Positions 1-12,400 of a stretch of 64,000 nucleotides of DNA are shown in pieces. A model generated the notes under the pieces. The model was not told the origin of the DNA. It searched no databases and was given only the letters and a program-made list of their open reading frames with translations. Origin of the DNA: Macrostomum hystrix (lineage: Eukaryota > Animalia > Platyhelminthes); contig CATNEN010000011.1 of assembly GCA_950097015.1 (NCBI GenBank), positions 3,906,001 through 3,970,000 on the forward strand, read 5' to 3'. A program made the translations under genes and the position numbers. Every line of letters begins with the position of its first letter. Within the stretch, counting starts at the first letter, position 1.

Positions 1-520
1 GCTGGAGACCATGGGCTTCGAAAACGTCACAGCCGAGGAGCAGCGACTGATGGCAGACGATCAAGGCCACACTGAAGGTGTTCAAAGGCAATTTTACCAG
101 GTAATTTATTCTTTACTACTGCAACCGTGGTCTGTAGCAGCACACGCCTGGGCTGACCGGCTGGCTGCGTCGAAAATTCCTCCACCTAGAATCGGGTCAC
201 GCGAGGAACGAGTGGCTAAAGCGCAGCACAAGCTGACGCAGTATTTGCTCAAGATCGTTTTCCTGCGCCATGACCAGGCACTGCCGCAGAGGGCTCACAT
301 ATGGCCGTCGATTCGGTCCCTACGCAGTGCGATGGATACGGCCAGGGCCATCACGGCCATGGAAACGGTTGCTGACAGACTATGGCGGGCTCTGAGTACC
401 GGCGACAAGCAAGCCTTCAGGACTCTGCTAAACATTGAGGTTTGCTGGATCCTCATCCAGCTAGGCTGGATACATTACGAGGAGCCACCACCACAGTTTG
501 AATTTAGAAAAAAGGACTGA
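1..520 (+). CDS. 3' part of an unidentified coding sequence (open from the window edge)
   Basis: Frame stays open from the first bases to TGA at 518-520, with GC-balanced coding-like composition followed by an abrupt AT-rich tail. No family motif recognised. Confidence 0.4.
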   Translation, partial: LETMGFENVTAEEQRLMADDQGHTEGVQRQFYQVIYSLLLQPWSVAAHAWADRLAASKIPPPRIGSREERVAKAQHKLTQYLLKIVFLRHDQALPQRAHIWPSIRSLRSAMDTARAITAMETVADRLWRALSTGDKQAFRTLLNIEVCWILIQLGWIHYEEPPPQFEFRKKD

Positions 521-759
521 CTAAATGCTTTTATAAATTCTTTGTGTGTATGCTTTATGGACATTTATTTTTGTGTGTTTCTACTTATCTTCACCATACT
601 TTGTATCTGCGAGTGTTAATTGTTTTTGTTAACATGTTTTTGAAGAACTTTTTGCTATGTGTTTTGCTAATAATCCTTCGCTTATTATTCAGCATTATTA
701 GTAAGAGGAGGCAGCTATAGTAGGCTAATTTGAATTTGTGCTAAAATATGTTACGTATA

Positions 760-1404
760 GGGTAATGTATCATCAACCAAACAAGAATGTGTATTTTTTT
801 AACTTCAAACCTAAGCTACAGATTTTCTATTTAAGATATGATGATAAATCAAAAGCCAAGTTATAGAAAACAGTTACATCTTTCTAAAAAGTATCTGCTT
901 TTGCTATTTTGACAAATAGAAAAAATGTTATTCCTGCTTTTTATCTAAAACAGAACAATGATTTTCATGTATCTTCAAACCAAACAGCGAATTTGATGTT
1001 TGGTTTTACTATTTGAGTGAGTGGTTTAATCTTATTTTTAAGGAGTGATCTATCATGAATTATGTCATTTGAAAGCATTTTTTCATGCTCTATAAATAAC
1101 TACATTTATGGTCATTTAATTGGCAAGCAACCGCATACAATCTTCGTCTAAAGTACATACTGAAAAAATGTTGTTAAAAAGTATGCTTTTGCAATAAAAA
1201 TTTCTACTGAAACATCAATATCTTTTTTTCCTCTTAATACTTCATTGCACATCATGCCTCAGCTTGTAGATAATTTCTTCAACTTTCAAATTAGTTGTTC
1301 TGTGAAACACAATAGCTTGTTTCTGTCTTGCGCGAGACCAAGGAAGGAGTCAAAATTCTTGTTTGGTTTTGAAGATACACTGTTCGGTTGATGATACATT
1401 ACCC
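760..1404. mobile_element. ~645-bp MITE-like element with ~25-bp terminal inverted repeats flanked by TA
   Basis: TA|GGGTAATGTATCATCAACCAAACA at 760 and TGTTCGGTTGATGATACATTACCC|TA ending 1404 (one mismatch). Subterminal inverted motif GTATCTTCAAACCAAACA at ~968 and ~1355-1379. Confidence 0.7.
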
Positions 1405-3991
1405 TATGCTTATAATATTTGACCTATTCAATTTGTTTAAAATGTAAAAATATACTGTGTATACATTCAGCGAATTTGGGAAAATTACTATAAATAGAGA
1501 CAGAAGGGACTGGAAATAGCTAACCGTTTCGTGCCCATTATTAGATATTAGGCCTAGGCCTACGATAGGTTGCTAATAAATTGCAGTTTACTATAGTTTT
1601 TATGATCTATATATCTAAAATAGTTGTTTAGTTGAAGTTTGTTTATGACTAGATTTTATGAAAAAGATTAAATCAAGTCTAATTTTAACTATTTTTAGCA
1701 CAAATGAAAAATAATTAGGCCCTAGGCCTACCAACAAACAAATTAATAAAACATAAGCTTAGGCCTATTCACAAAGCTAAGCTGAAAAATTAGCCTAGTC
1801 ATTGAAATTAGGCATAACTGAAAATATATAGGCCTAGCTCTGATATTCAATAAAAACGTTTGACAGCTTGGAGTTAGCATAAGCAAGCCTAGCCCTAGAT
1901 GATTGATGTAGGCCCCTATGTGCTGTGGGAGTGTGACGTGTTGGATTGGCTAATTAGGCATACACAATCATTGAAATGCAAGTAGTATAGCACATTGCCT
2001 AGGACAGCATCACCAACAGTACAGATACAGAATATTCAGATAGGGTGGCAAGCCTGGGTCACTCGAAAAATTAAGTCAAGTTATTTAATGCTTCAGTTTT
2101 CTTACACTAGCCTACAGGTATTTATTGCTTCTTATCTCCATATGTAAATATTTGTTATATGTTATCTTTAGAGGCATAATTAGTTAAAACAGAACATCCT
2201 TGAGTTTTAAAAAGTTCAAGAACATGAGCTTATATAGCGAAACGTTTCCTGGTCACTTAGTCATCTGCTTTGCAAATACAGTGCTTTTGTGAAATGAACG
2301 CACGCACCTAACTTATTCGTCATTCTGCTTTCTATTTTATTCTATTTAATATTAGATAGTAGTACACTTATATTTTTTTCGTAATTTGACATAATCTATA
2401 TACGTGATTAAACATTGCAGCTTTTTATAAAACGTAAACAGTTGTTAATCTAGCCTAGCTTAAAAATTTACGGATATATAAAATTAAAAAATAGTGTTCG
2501 CTTTCTTAGAACATAGTAAGAAAGCCACCTGTTGATCCAATTGTGTGCTAGCAGATATAGTTAAGTTAGGCCTAACGTTAACAATATTCAGTACTATGAA
2601 TTTTTATAGAAGCCATTGTTTTTTAAGCGAAATATATCCATGTTAACAGCGAAGTGACTTTACATTTTCAAAGCAAACAAGGCGCTATACTAGGGGCCTA
2701 TATTGGAATGCTATAAAAACTTTACTTGTAATGTATACTATTGCTATTGCATTTGCATGGCAGATTGGCAGCCTTACCAGTTAAGCCCTAGGCTTAACAA
2801 TAATCTAAAAGAATTCATTTGTATAGGTTAAATGGTTTATAAAATAAAATTAAAATCTAACAACACTGATAAAGTATCTGACTGCCTCTCTTTTTTTGCT
2901 GCCTAATTCTAATGCACAAAAATAATTAAATTTGCAATTTGTTTTAGCTTGTTGTATTATAGATCATAATAAAGTAAAATGGCATTTGGATGGTTTGAAA
3001 TCCTTGAAATTTTGCCTAGTGACGTTTCCATAGACCATAGAAAAGATACAAAAAAGAGAAAATGTGTTTTTAATCACATTCCAAAATTGCAGTCAAAAGT
3101 CACTCCACTTGCTGTTATTTAGTTGTCATCAAATAATAAAATGTGAACCTTATATGATGTGTAAATGATAGTGAATCAAAGGTACAGGGGTTTTAGTGTT
3201 TTAGTTATTGTTTAGAACTGTTCTTCAAAAAAGGACCCTCTATACTCTATCCACTTTGGTTTATCATTTACAATTATTTATATACATTTCTACAATCAGC
3301 CATGTAAGTTATTGTAAACCACAGTGGATACAGATGTTTTTTTTGACAAATTTTGTATCACTTTATATAAAGTAGGGTTGGCCTAACAGCTTTTGTGGGT
3401 ACACCAAATATAGCATAATCATACTAGTTAACTGTGACATCTGTACAATTTTTTTAACAATCTAACAATATATAGCATGTTACATCATGCTATGCAACAA
3501 AAATGGGCAATTATAGTTGTCACACACAGTCATAGTGTGGTATGCAAATTGCCTATTTAAGTTTTAAGTTTAAAGTTTTTTGTATCTAACTAGCACATTA
3601 CTGAAATTTTTCTTGCATACATAGGTATATTTCATTTTTTGGTAGCTTCTGTCATACACAACGCATGATCCTAGCTACAGATCATTATGAATATAGTTTC
3701 TTTTGCTGGAGTCTCACACATGGTTGAGAAATTAAACTATGCTATCAGTTGTACTATTCTTAGACAGTGCAATATATATCAGTAAAAGTATTAAATTGAA
3801 GGCTATCAAAAATTTCTTGGTGGATATAATAATGATATCAAGTATTATATATTTCTTGGTTTCCAATAAAACATCTTTATATAATATAAAGAGTTCAAAA
3901 TTGATGCTGAGCACAAATTGAATTTTTATCGTATTACATTTAATTGTCAGTGCTATTTAGTTTGTAACTTTTATGTTTTGTGTAGCTAAAA

Positions 3992-4263
3992 CATACATGC
4001 GCAACACCCGGCCGAACCGGCCGGGTGAAATGTGGGCCAAGCAAGGTAAGTCGCAAAAACCAATTGACCAAGCGCAAAAAAATCAAAGGGGGGACCAAGG
4101 GACAAAAAAGGAAGGCGTGAAGAAAAGGAAAAGGGGGAGAGAAAAAGAGAGCAAATGAGAGCAAACTAAGTCGTAAATAGAGCAATGAAATGAACTAAGT
4201 CGCAAATGAGAGCAAAAACTAAGTCGCACGGCCGGCTAAGATTTGGGAGGTTGCGCATGTATG
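3992..4263. mobile_element. 272-bp hAT-like MITE with 8-bp target-site duplication
   Basis: TIRs CATACATGCGCAACACCC / GGGAGGTTGCGCATGTATG. Perfect AGCTAAAA at 3984-3991 and 4264-4271. Internal AACTAAGTCG repeats. Confidence 0.85.
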
Positions 4264-4927
4264 AGCTAAAATATATATTAAATCTATGTTTATTAACAAT
4301 CCCTGTGTCAGTAATAATTTTGCTTAAAGTTATAACAAAAAACAAACTTGATTGGGGTTGATAGAAAATGTTTTATTGCTTTAATGCTTAATTGTTGGCT
4401 CGTGTCCCTTATTTTTTAGCAAATATTAACATTTTTTAATTTTATTTCAGCTCAGCTTTTGAATGTGAAGCATGTGCAGCATCATTGAATAGCTGATATT
4501 ATCTATCTTCATTTGTACTCTTGTCTACAAATCAGATAGATTCAAGTAGACTAAAAGAAAAGAAAAATGAGGTGAGTTTTTTCCCACAGAATCATTTTTT
4601 AACTTATTAATTCTTCATTTAATTTTGACACAGATTTTCCTAAATAAGTGCACATGGTACTGAGTATATTTACATATTAAACTTGAACACAACTTAAACT
4701 TAAACTTTTCTGTCTTGTTAAAAAAAACGAATTTAGCTAAGCACTGTTCTTGAGACTAAAAAACAATTCTTTAATCTGACAGCATTGATGCCAAAGCTGC
4801 TGGTGGCAGCAGTCGGGCCTTCTCCGTTCAGCCTGCAACAGCTGACTCGCCAACTTCAGCTTCTCAGCCGTCAGCAGCAGCAGCAGCAGCAGCTTCCACA
4901 TCTGGCGAATCCAAGCCCATATCAGCC

Positions 4928-7900
4928 ATGCCGCACTACACAGTCACTGGCGCATCACAGGCCGATAATCGCCTGCGTCAATTCGCTCACAATCTGTTTC
5001 TATTTCGTAGAAAATCTGCCGACGCATTGGAGACCGCGTCAATGCCGCCGACTGCTGGCGGGGCGGAGGCCTCAGCGGCTGGTAGGCGGCGGCTGGCTGT
5101 GAGCACGAAGTCCTGGCGCGATATGAAAGCTAAGAGTACCAGAAGGTCAGTGCTAATTTTCTTAGACTTGTTCTTTACTATGTTAATTAGCTTTTTGTTA
5201 TTTAAGATGTCTTGCTTAATTATCTAGTTAGATTGTGCTCAAATCTATTCGTTACTTTTCTTCTAGGATAATTATGCTTAGCTATCCAGTTAAATTGTGC
5301 TCAAATCAAATCGCTACTTTTTTTCTAGGATATCCAGTTAGATTGTGCTCAAATCAAATCGTTACTTTTCTTCTAGGATAATTATGCGTAGCTATCCAGT
5401 TAGATTGTGCTCAAATCAAATCGTTACTTTTTTCTAGGATATCCAGTTACATTGTGCTCAAATTAAATCGTTACTTTTCTTCTTGGATAATTACGCTCAA
5501 CTATGTAGTTAGATTGTGCTCAAATCAAATCGTTACTTATTGTATAGCTAGGATGCAATGCTCCAACAGATTGTCATCCAACTCATTTTAGATACAAACG
5601 GTTGGTATTTAAAAATGGCGAATGCAACATCTCGCACTATAATATCAAGAAGAGAAAGCGCAGATTTCTAGCAGATATTTTCACCACATTGGTTGATATC
5701 AAATGGCGCTACGCTCTACTACTGTTTACCGTGGGTTTCATAGCCAGCTGGCTATTCTTCTCCCTGTTCTGGTGGCTAATTTGTTTCTCGCACGGAGATT
5801 TGGATAATCCTAGGCCGGATAAGTTTGTGCCCTGCGTGGAGAATGTGAAAGGCTTCACGGATGCTCTGCTGTTTTCTATTGAAACTCAACACACGATTGG
5901 CTATGGCTATCGATACCCATCCGATCGTTGCCCGGAAGCCGTCCTCATGGTTATGGTGCAGAGCTGCTTCGGTGTCATCATTCAGGTAAGACTGATAGAA
6001 AATTATGTTTTTTTAATAATCAAACTCTGGGTTTGAAAATCTCATGGTGGGATTTAGAGTTGAAGATCTTGTGGTGAGATTTTGAATTTAGAGATCTCGT
6101 GGTGGGATTTTGAATTCAGAGATCTCACGATGAGATTTGGAATTTAGAGATCTTACGATGAGATTTGAAATTTAGAGATCTCACGATGAGATTTGAAATT
6201 TAGAGATCGCACGATGAGATTTGGAATAAAAAAGTCTCATAAATAGATTTTGAAGCTACAGATCTCAGGGTGAGATTTTGAAGCTACAGATCTCGGTATG
6301 AGATTTTGAAGCTACAGATCTCAGGGTGAGATTTTGAAGCTACAGATATCGGTATGAGATTTTGAAGCTACAGATCTCCAGGTCTTATAAAAAATTTTGT
6401 ATAACAAATAAGTATGAAATTTACAACTGATAGGTCTAAAGTTCGAGTCTCAGTTCCTGGGAAGCAATTTGTGTCGCTGGGGTAGAAATTTTAGTTAAAT
6501 TGGCAGTGTCCATGGACTGCACAGCTGTACACAGCATTTCTCCTGAATCATGAATGCATCATTGGAGAGGTTGTAGCCTAGTGGTTAGGGCGTCGGACTC
6601 ACGACTTGAAGGTCGGGGGTTCGATTCCCGACTCCCCTGAACAATTTGTGTTCTTTAGCAAGACACTTAACTCTGCATTGCTTCAGTTCACCAAGCTGTT
6701 AAATGGGTACCAGCATCAGCTGGGATAATTGAAGGTGGGTGTGGCGTCCCCCCAGTCCATGGACTGAGGGGCTGTACGCAGCCTTCAGATGCGCCGCGCA
6801 TTAGCTGCGGCTGTGCTGTTGGCAGCTCATCTGGCCTAATTGAGGCAGGTGTAATCAATTATTATTAATTATAATTATGAATGCAGGCTCTGATGACAGG
6901 TCTAGTCTTTGCCAAGCTGTCGCGTCCCAAGAAGCGCGCCGAGACGCTGATGTTCAGCAAGAATGCAGTCATTTGCAAGCGCGACGGCCAGATGGTGCTG
7001 CTGTTCCGCGTCGGCGACATGCGGAAATCTCAGCTATTAGAGGCTCACGTTAGGGGGATTTTAATAAAAAAGCGAATCACCAAGGAGGGCGAGGTCCTGC
7101 CTTTAGAACAATTCGACATTGATCTGGGCTACGGCGAAGGTTTTGACCGACTGTTTCTAGTCTGGCCAATCATTGTGGAGCACAAGATTGACAAGGACTC
7201 GCCGTTCTACGAAATTTCTTGCAACGATTTGCTTTCGGAACAGTTCGAATTGATTGTCATTCTTGAAGGCATCATTGAATCCACTGGAATGACTACTCAG
7301 GTGACTGATTATGAGTTCTAGTTTATTCTAGTCTAGAGTTTGGGATTTCTAGTTTATTCTAGTCTAGAGTTTGGGATTTCTAGTTTATTCTAGTCTAGAG
7401 TTTGGGATTTCTAGTTTATTCTAGTCTAGAGTTTGGGATTTCTAGTTTATTCTTGTCTAGAGTTTGGGATTTCTAGTTTATTCTAGTCTAGAGTTTGGGA
7501 TTTCTAGTTTATTCTAGTCTAGAGTTTGGGATTTCTAGTTTATTCTAGTCTAGAGTTTGGGATTTCTAGTTTATTCTAGTCTAGAGTTTGGGATTTCTAG
7601 TTTATTCTAGTCTAGAGTTTGGGATTTCTAATTTATTCTTGTCTAGAGTTTAGGATTTCTAGTTTATTCTAGTCTAGAGTTTAGGACTTCTAATCTAGTC
7701 TAGAGTTTAGGACTTCTAATTTATTCTAGTCTAGAGTTTTGGATTTCTAGTTTATTCTAGTCTAGAGTTTAGGATTTCTAGTTTATGCTAGTCAGGCAGG
7801 GCTCATGAATTCAGGTCAGGAGGTCAGGAGTTCGATTCCCGACTGCTCTGAAAAATTTCATTCCCTGCTTACTGTTTGCAGGCCCGATCGAGCTACTTGC

Positions 7901-8289
7901 CATCTGAGATTCGCTGGGGTCACAGATTTGAGCGGCTAATCACCTACCAGAAGGACAACGGAGAGTATCAGATTAATTACGAAAAATTTCACGCTACCCG
8001 AGAGATCCCCAGATTTCCCCGGTGTTCGGCTAGGGATTTGGCCGAACTGGGCGAGGAGAATTTCCCAGATCAGGGGCTAATTGAGGACGACCAATACTCA
8101 CTGGCTAGCAGAACAGTCACCAGTGCTACTAACCTGCACGCCATCTTGCCCGCGAGTAGATTTTTAACTCGAGGAGCCGGCGAATCCGAGACCGCACCTC
8201 TGCAGCAGAGGAAACCTGCGGCTGCTGCTGCTGCTGCGTCTTCAACCAGCGGCTATTCCGATTTCGCCTGCCCTGTTTCGCTCGCCTGA
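4928..8289 (+). CDS. Inward-rectifier potassium channel (Kir/Irk family), 4 coding exons, ~477 aa
   Basis: Exons 4928-5145, 5592-5985, 6887-7300, 7882-8289 join in phase with GT-AG introns. Motifs RLVFKNGECN, DIFTTLVDIKWR, ETQHTIGYG, AKLSRPKKRAET, LEGIIESTG, ARSSYLPSEIRWGHRF. Probable 5' UTR exon 4451-4571. Confidence 0.95.
5222..5545. repeat. Intronic tandem repeat (~45-60 bp units)
   Basis: Recurrent AGTTAGATTGTGCTCAAATCAAATCGTTACTTTT unit, about 6 copies, in Kir intron 1. Confidence 0.85.
6036..6380. repeat. Intronic ~28-bp minisatellite
   Basis: GAGATTTTGAATTTAGAGATCTCACGAT-like units grading into GAGATTTTGAAGCTACAGATCTC units, in Kir intron 2. Confidence 0.85.
6564..6878 (+). mobile_element. 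tRNA-derived SINE family A, full-length copy
   Basis: A box TAGCCTAGTGG, B box GGTTCGATTCC, CORE-like middle (CTTTAGCAAGACACTTAACTC...GCTGTTAAATGGGTACC), palindrome CAGTCCATGGACTG, (AAT/TAT)n tail. At least six related copies in the window. Confidence 0.9.
7318..7790. repeat. 31-bp minisatellite filling Kir intron 3
   Basis: GTTTATTCTAGTCTAGAGTTTGGGATTTCTA, about 15 copies. Confidence 0.95.
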
Positions 8290-10354
8290 AGAAAATTATC
8301 CGATTTTTTACCGCAATCTTTCGCTTTTTTAAAAAACAATTGAAATTTAAACAACGAATTAAAACAAATTTTACTAGAAATTCGCTATAGTGCATTAGGT
8401 TTATAGTTATTCTATTTGATTTGTAACCGCTTTTTAATTTATCTTACGCTCTTCCAATCAGTACAATTATCTTGTTTTGTCGGCAAGTCAATTAGCATGG
8501 CGTCCTGTTTTGAATTTTTCGTTTAACTAACAATCTCTTGTTTATAAAATCTACTCATTCGTATTGTTATTTAGGCTCGCTGATTCCGAGTTTCTGATTT
8601 CTGATTTTAAATTATTGTACATCTTCATTCAGAATTTCAGAATGCCGATTCCGGATCGCCAAATCCTCAATCCGAAATAATAAATCCTGAATCAAAATTC
8701 CTAAATCCTGAATTCGAACTCAAATCTACTCATAAATTTTGACATGTGAATTCAGAAGTTAGGAAAGCTAATTTAAATTAAAATTTCTAATGAAAATTAA
8801 TATCCAAATCTCAAATCTATGAGTATGACTTTTGATACTAAAAGTACTTAGCTAGTAGTTTACTTTTACTTTGCACTTTTAATTAGCTAGTTTTTATAAT
8901 CAAATTTTATCGATATATATTTCTGATATTTCAGTATTTTATAATACTTTTTGTTCAGCTTATTTCGCCAAATCCAGCACAAACCCAAAGTTAATTCGAT
9001 TCTTAAAAAGAAATAGTACATTTTTAATTTAGCCTAATCTCCATTCCGCTATTGTATTGCTGTATTTCCTAGCTAACCAGATATGCCAAGTAAAGAATTT
9101 AGTATTTCTTGTTTTCATATAATATTTTTTCTAGCCTTGTCTATTTTTACAAAATGATTAACCAGTACAAATGGACTCATCTGTCTGAATCAACTGGGCC
9201 TTTATGTGCATGTAGAAATTCATATCAAATCCATTAAAAAATAAACATTCACACTATCTATATTATTTGGCATGCGTGTTCGGTATCTGTACATCATTTG
9301 TAAAATTTAATTATTCATTTGTTGCATAATTATTTTTCTCTGCTATTCCTATTGGCTAACGAAGACTAGTCACGTGACTTTGGAGATGAGGTGGGTGTAT
9401 TTCCCAAAAGGATTTTCTAAAAATAGACACATAATAGTAATGAATCTCATGTGTTTAGCCAGTGGCACAGCTGCAGCTATGCAAAGGCGCTTTTAAAGGT
9501 TTTGTTGTGTACAGCAAATTAGTCCACGGACTGGGGAGTACTGATGTTTTAAATACCACGGAAACTATGTCGTTAATTAAGTCGTTGTGGATTAATTTCG
9601 TACATGCGTGTACCAAGTAAATCATTACTATGCCTGTATAGATTATCTACTGTTTGTTTCAGCTTAATATCTAAGAACAAGTTTCACCCTAGAGTATTAA
9701 GCTCTTCAATTCTGTCTGTCTTTCTTTCCTGTCATTGGTTTCTGCTTTAGAGCAATTAATTCCTGCCTAGGCTAGTTCCACACAAAACAAATAGTCTTAC
9801 ACAATTAATTAGCTACATTCTTTCTGTAGCTGCGTGCAATTCAAGCTAGTTCCTTTCACTTGGCACTGGAATCAGCTGGTTTGACTGCAATCTATTTTTT
9901 AAGTATTGTATACTTAAGACTCGCTTGACAGCCTCAGTACAGTGTATTTTATTTGCCTTGTATTGAAGGCTGCATTATTATTCTTCCGATTCAGGCGTAA
10001 TTCAACCGTGTTTTGTGTTTTATTAACAGATTTTCTTGCTCTGAAAGTAATTGACAGACACCAAGTAAAGCACTTAGTAATAAGGAGAGCTGAACGTCCA
10101 TAATAATGTGTCAATTAATTGCTGAAGTCAGACCAACACGGACTGGCAAGAGCTTCTAGATTAGCTGTGCACTACTTCAAGTAGCGTGGTTAACAAGCGT
10201 GTCACAGTTTTGTGAGTTCTTGTGTGTGTGCGTGTGTGTGCTGGTAGCTCGCGAGGAGACATGGCTGGTGGCGCAGTGCCTGGGACAGAATTAGGCGAGG
10301 AGAGGACTAGGTGATGATGGACGCACGCAGAATGAATGACGGTGAGGTTCTGGC

Positions 10355-10540
10355 GCATCGTCGAGATATTCAGCTATTCTTGTCGAAGACCCTGGTGACA
10401 AGGACAGCCAACATTGCTGTGTAAAAACATCTTTACATGTTAGTTTTTTGCCACAAGACACCCCGACGAAAATCGTTGAATATCTCGATGGTGCCGATGT
10501 TTTCCGATTCTCGAAGTCGTTTCATCGGATAGAACAGAGA
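10355..10540. mobile_element. MITE-like element, family C
   Basis: Inverted repeats GCATCGTCGAGATATTCAGC... and ...GTTGAATATCTCGATGGTGC. Same family at 54900-55150 and a half copy at ~50113-50190. Confidence 0.7.
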
Positions 10541-11480
10541 AATCTAGCTTTCGCTCTGGATTTTTATGGCGATTAGTTGAATATATTTTGAGAGGTACAG
10601 AAAAAAAGAACAACAGTGGCTCTTAGAAATTCCCCGAGCTCTTTATGCTGTTAAGTGAATCCGAAAGACAGAGCGGCGACTTACAAGAGAGAAACTAGAC
10701 TAGTTCTTTTGTGCATTCATTTTATGAAAGCCAAATTCACAATTAAAAGAGTTAAAAGGTTGCGAATTAAGCAAAGTTCAACTAAAAATAATAGCACAAC
10801 TTGGCTCGCGTCTTGAGTTTAAACAATGCTTTAAAGCGTTTTATCTTAAAATACGAACTCTGGACCGTTCGCTGAATTAAACTCAATCTAGGCCACTGCA
10901 GAACACTCCAAAATTATCTTCTGTTGCATGCGATCGTACAACTAATCAAAATGGCACGCGGGACAGACGTTGAATTTCCAGCTGTAACTGCAGGTGTGTT
11001 TGAGCAGGCAGGTGAGTAGTTATAAAATTTGTGAGACGTGCACAGCTAAATGCTTTTAGAACCGTGTGGACTGTGAGAGCTTGAGAACAGGTCTGTTTAG
11101 AGAAAAAAAGTGAGCAAACACGCACACGGGTATAGAAAACAATCTCAACCGACTTTGGACACTGTAGCCATTCTCAATTCTTTGCCGAGATGATGATGCC
11201 TGCGTCTGCCAGGGGGTTTGGAGAGAAGCAATTGCACTCAGAGAGACTCAGCGCCAATGGCATTATTCTATTGTATATTGTGCTCTCGGACCAAGGCGGA
11301 AGCCAAAACAGACAGGAGAATAGAGGGCTTTAGAGACGGACTGCTAGGTAGAAAATAATACTACCTAAAGCCCTTCTCTATCACAATTCAACTTGGAAAA
11401 GAATTAAGAGAGCAATTCTGAGCACAGTCGGCAGGTCGGCCTGCAGGGTTTGAGATTGTCGTCTCTGAGTTGTGCTGAGT

Positions 11481-12140
11481 ATGCCAAATAGAGATAGTAC
11501 GGTTCACTTCAACGAACCGTTGAACGATGGCGACACAGCAACGACTGCATCGCAGCTGCAACAACGGCATCAGCGACCACACACCGCAGCAGCGCCGTCG
11601 TCTGGGGCGCCTTTCCTCGACGCCCGCGGCAACCGGACTCAGCCGAGCAGGGACGAGCCGGCGAAACCCACGACGCCCTCCAGCACCACAATGACCGGAC
11701 TGCGGCCGAGGAAGAAGCGAAAGAAGCGACGACCGAAAACTGCCATCGGAATCGAACAGCAGCATCAGCCAGCAGGCCTGACAGCCGGCACGCAAGCTGG
11801 TGCAGCATCAGCAGCAGCAGCAGCAGCAGCAGCTGCGGCATCGGCCAATGGCGGAAGCGAGCCAAATTTTCCCACTTTAAATCCGCGCGTTTTTCACCAA
11901 CTGCGCAGCTTTTTAACGCCGGAGAGTTTGAAGAAGACAAAATTCTACTCGGACAGAGAAGAGAAAATGACCCGACGAAGAGAGGAGCTGGACGAGCAGC
12001 AGAACCGACTGCGGCAGCGCATTGGTGGCTTCTACCAGAGGCTGGACAGTTTCATTGCCGAGACCAACGCCGCCGCCCAGTGGGAACCGGAAGACAAACG
12101 GAAGCAGAAAAGTCTGCTGGACGACTTGGACAATTTGTGA
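11481..12140 (+). CDS. Single-exon ~219-aa protein of unknown function (low-complexity N-terminus, basic cluster, C-terminal coiled coil)
   Basis: ATG at 11481, GC-rich codons like neighbouring genes, RPRKKRKKRRPK cluster, poly-Ala, helical C-terminus EEKMTRRREELDEQQNRLRQR. Confidence 0.6.
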   Translation: MPNRDSTVHFNEPLNDGDTATTASQLQQRHQRPHTAAAPSSGAPFLDARGNRTQPSRDEPAKPTTPSSTTMTGLRPRKKRKKRRPKTAIGIEQQHQPAGLTAGTQAGAASAAAAAAAAAASANGGSEPNFPTLNPRVFHQLRSFLTPESLKKTKFYSDREEKMTRRREELDEQQNRLRQRIGGFYQRLDSFIAETNAAAQWEPEDKRKQKSLLDDLDNL

Positions 12141-12194
12141 CCGCTGCAGTTTCTGTACTGAGCTCAAGGACCGCTTGGAGTTGAAAATATGGTA

Positions 12195-12400
12195 AACTAC
12201 GTTTCTTAGAAAGTTCAGTAGGCTGATTTTCGCCGAAAAAGAATATAAAATCGATTTTTCACAAAAACATCTTACTAAAAATCTATGAAGCGATAAACTA
12301 GAAAACAACAAAACAAGCTAAAGTTGAGCATAATTTGATCTAATTACAATAAAACATCGGGCGAAAACCAGCCTACGAAACATTTTCTAAGAAATGTTTA
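12195..12400. mobile_element. ~200-bp element with ~40-bp imperfect inverted repeats
   Basis: CGTTTCTTAGAAAGTTCAGTAGGCTGATTTTCGCC versus GGCGAAAACCAGCCTACGAAACATTTTCTAAGAAATG. Confidence 0.55.

Noticed and set aside
6564-6640. tRNA-Val(CAC)-like gene (and similar heads in other copies)
   Set aside because: A and B boxes are present but the acceptor, anticodon and T stems are mispaired and the sequence runs into a SINE body.
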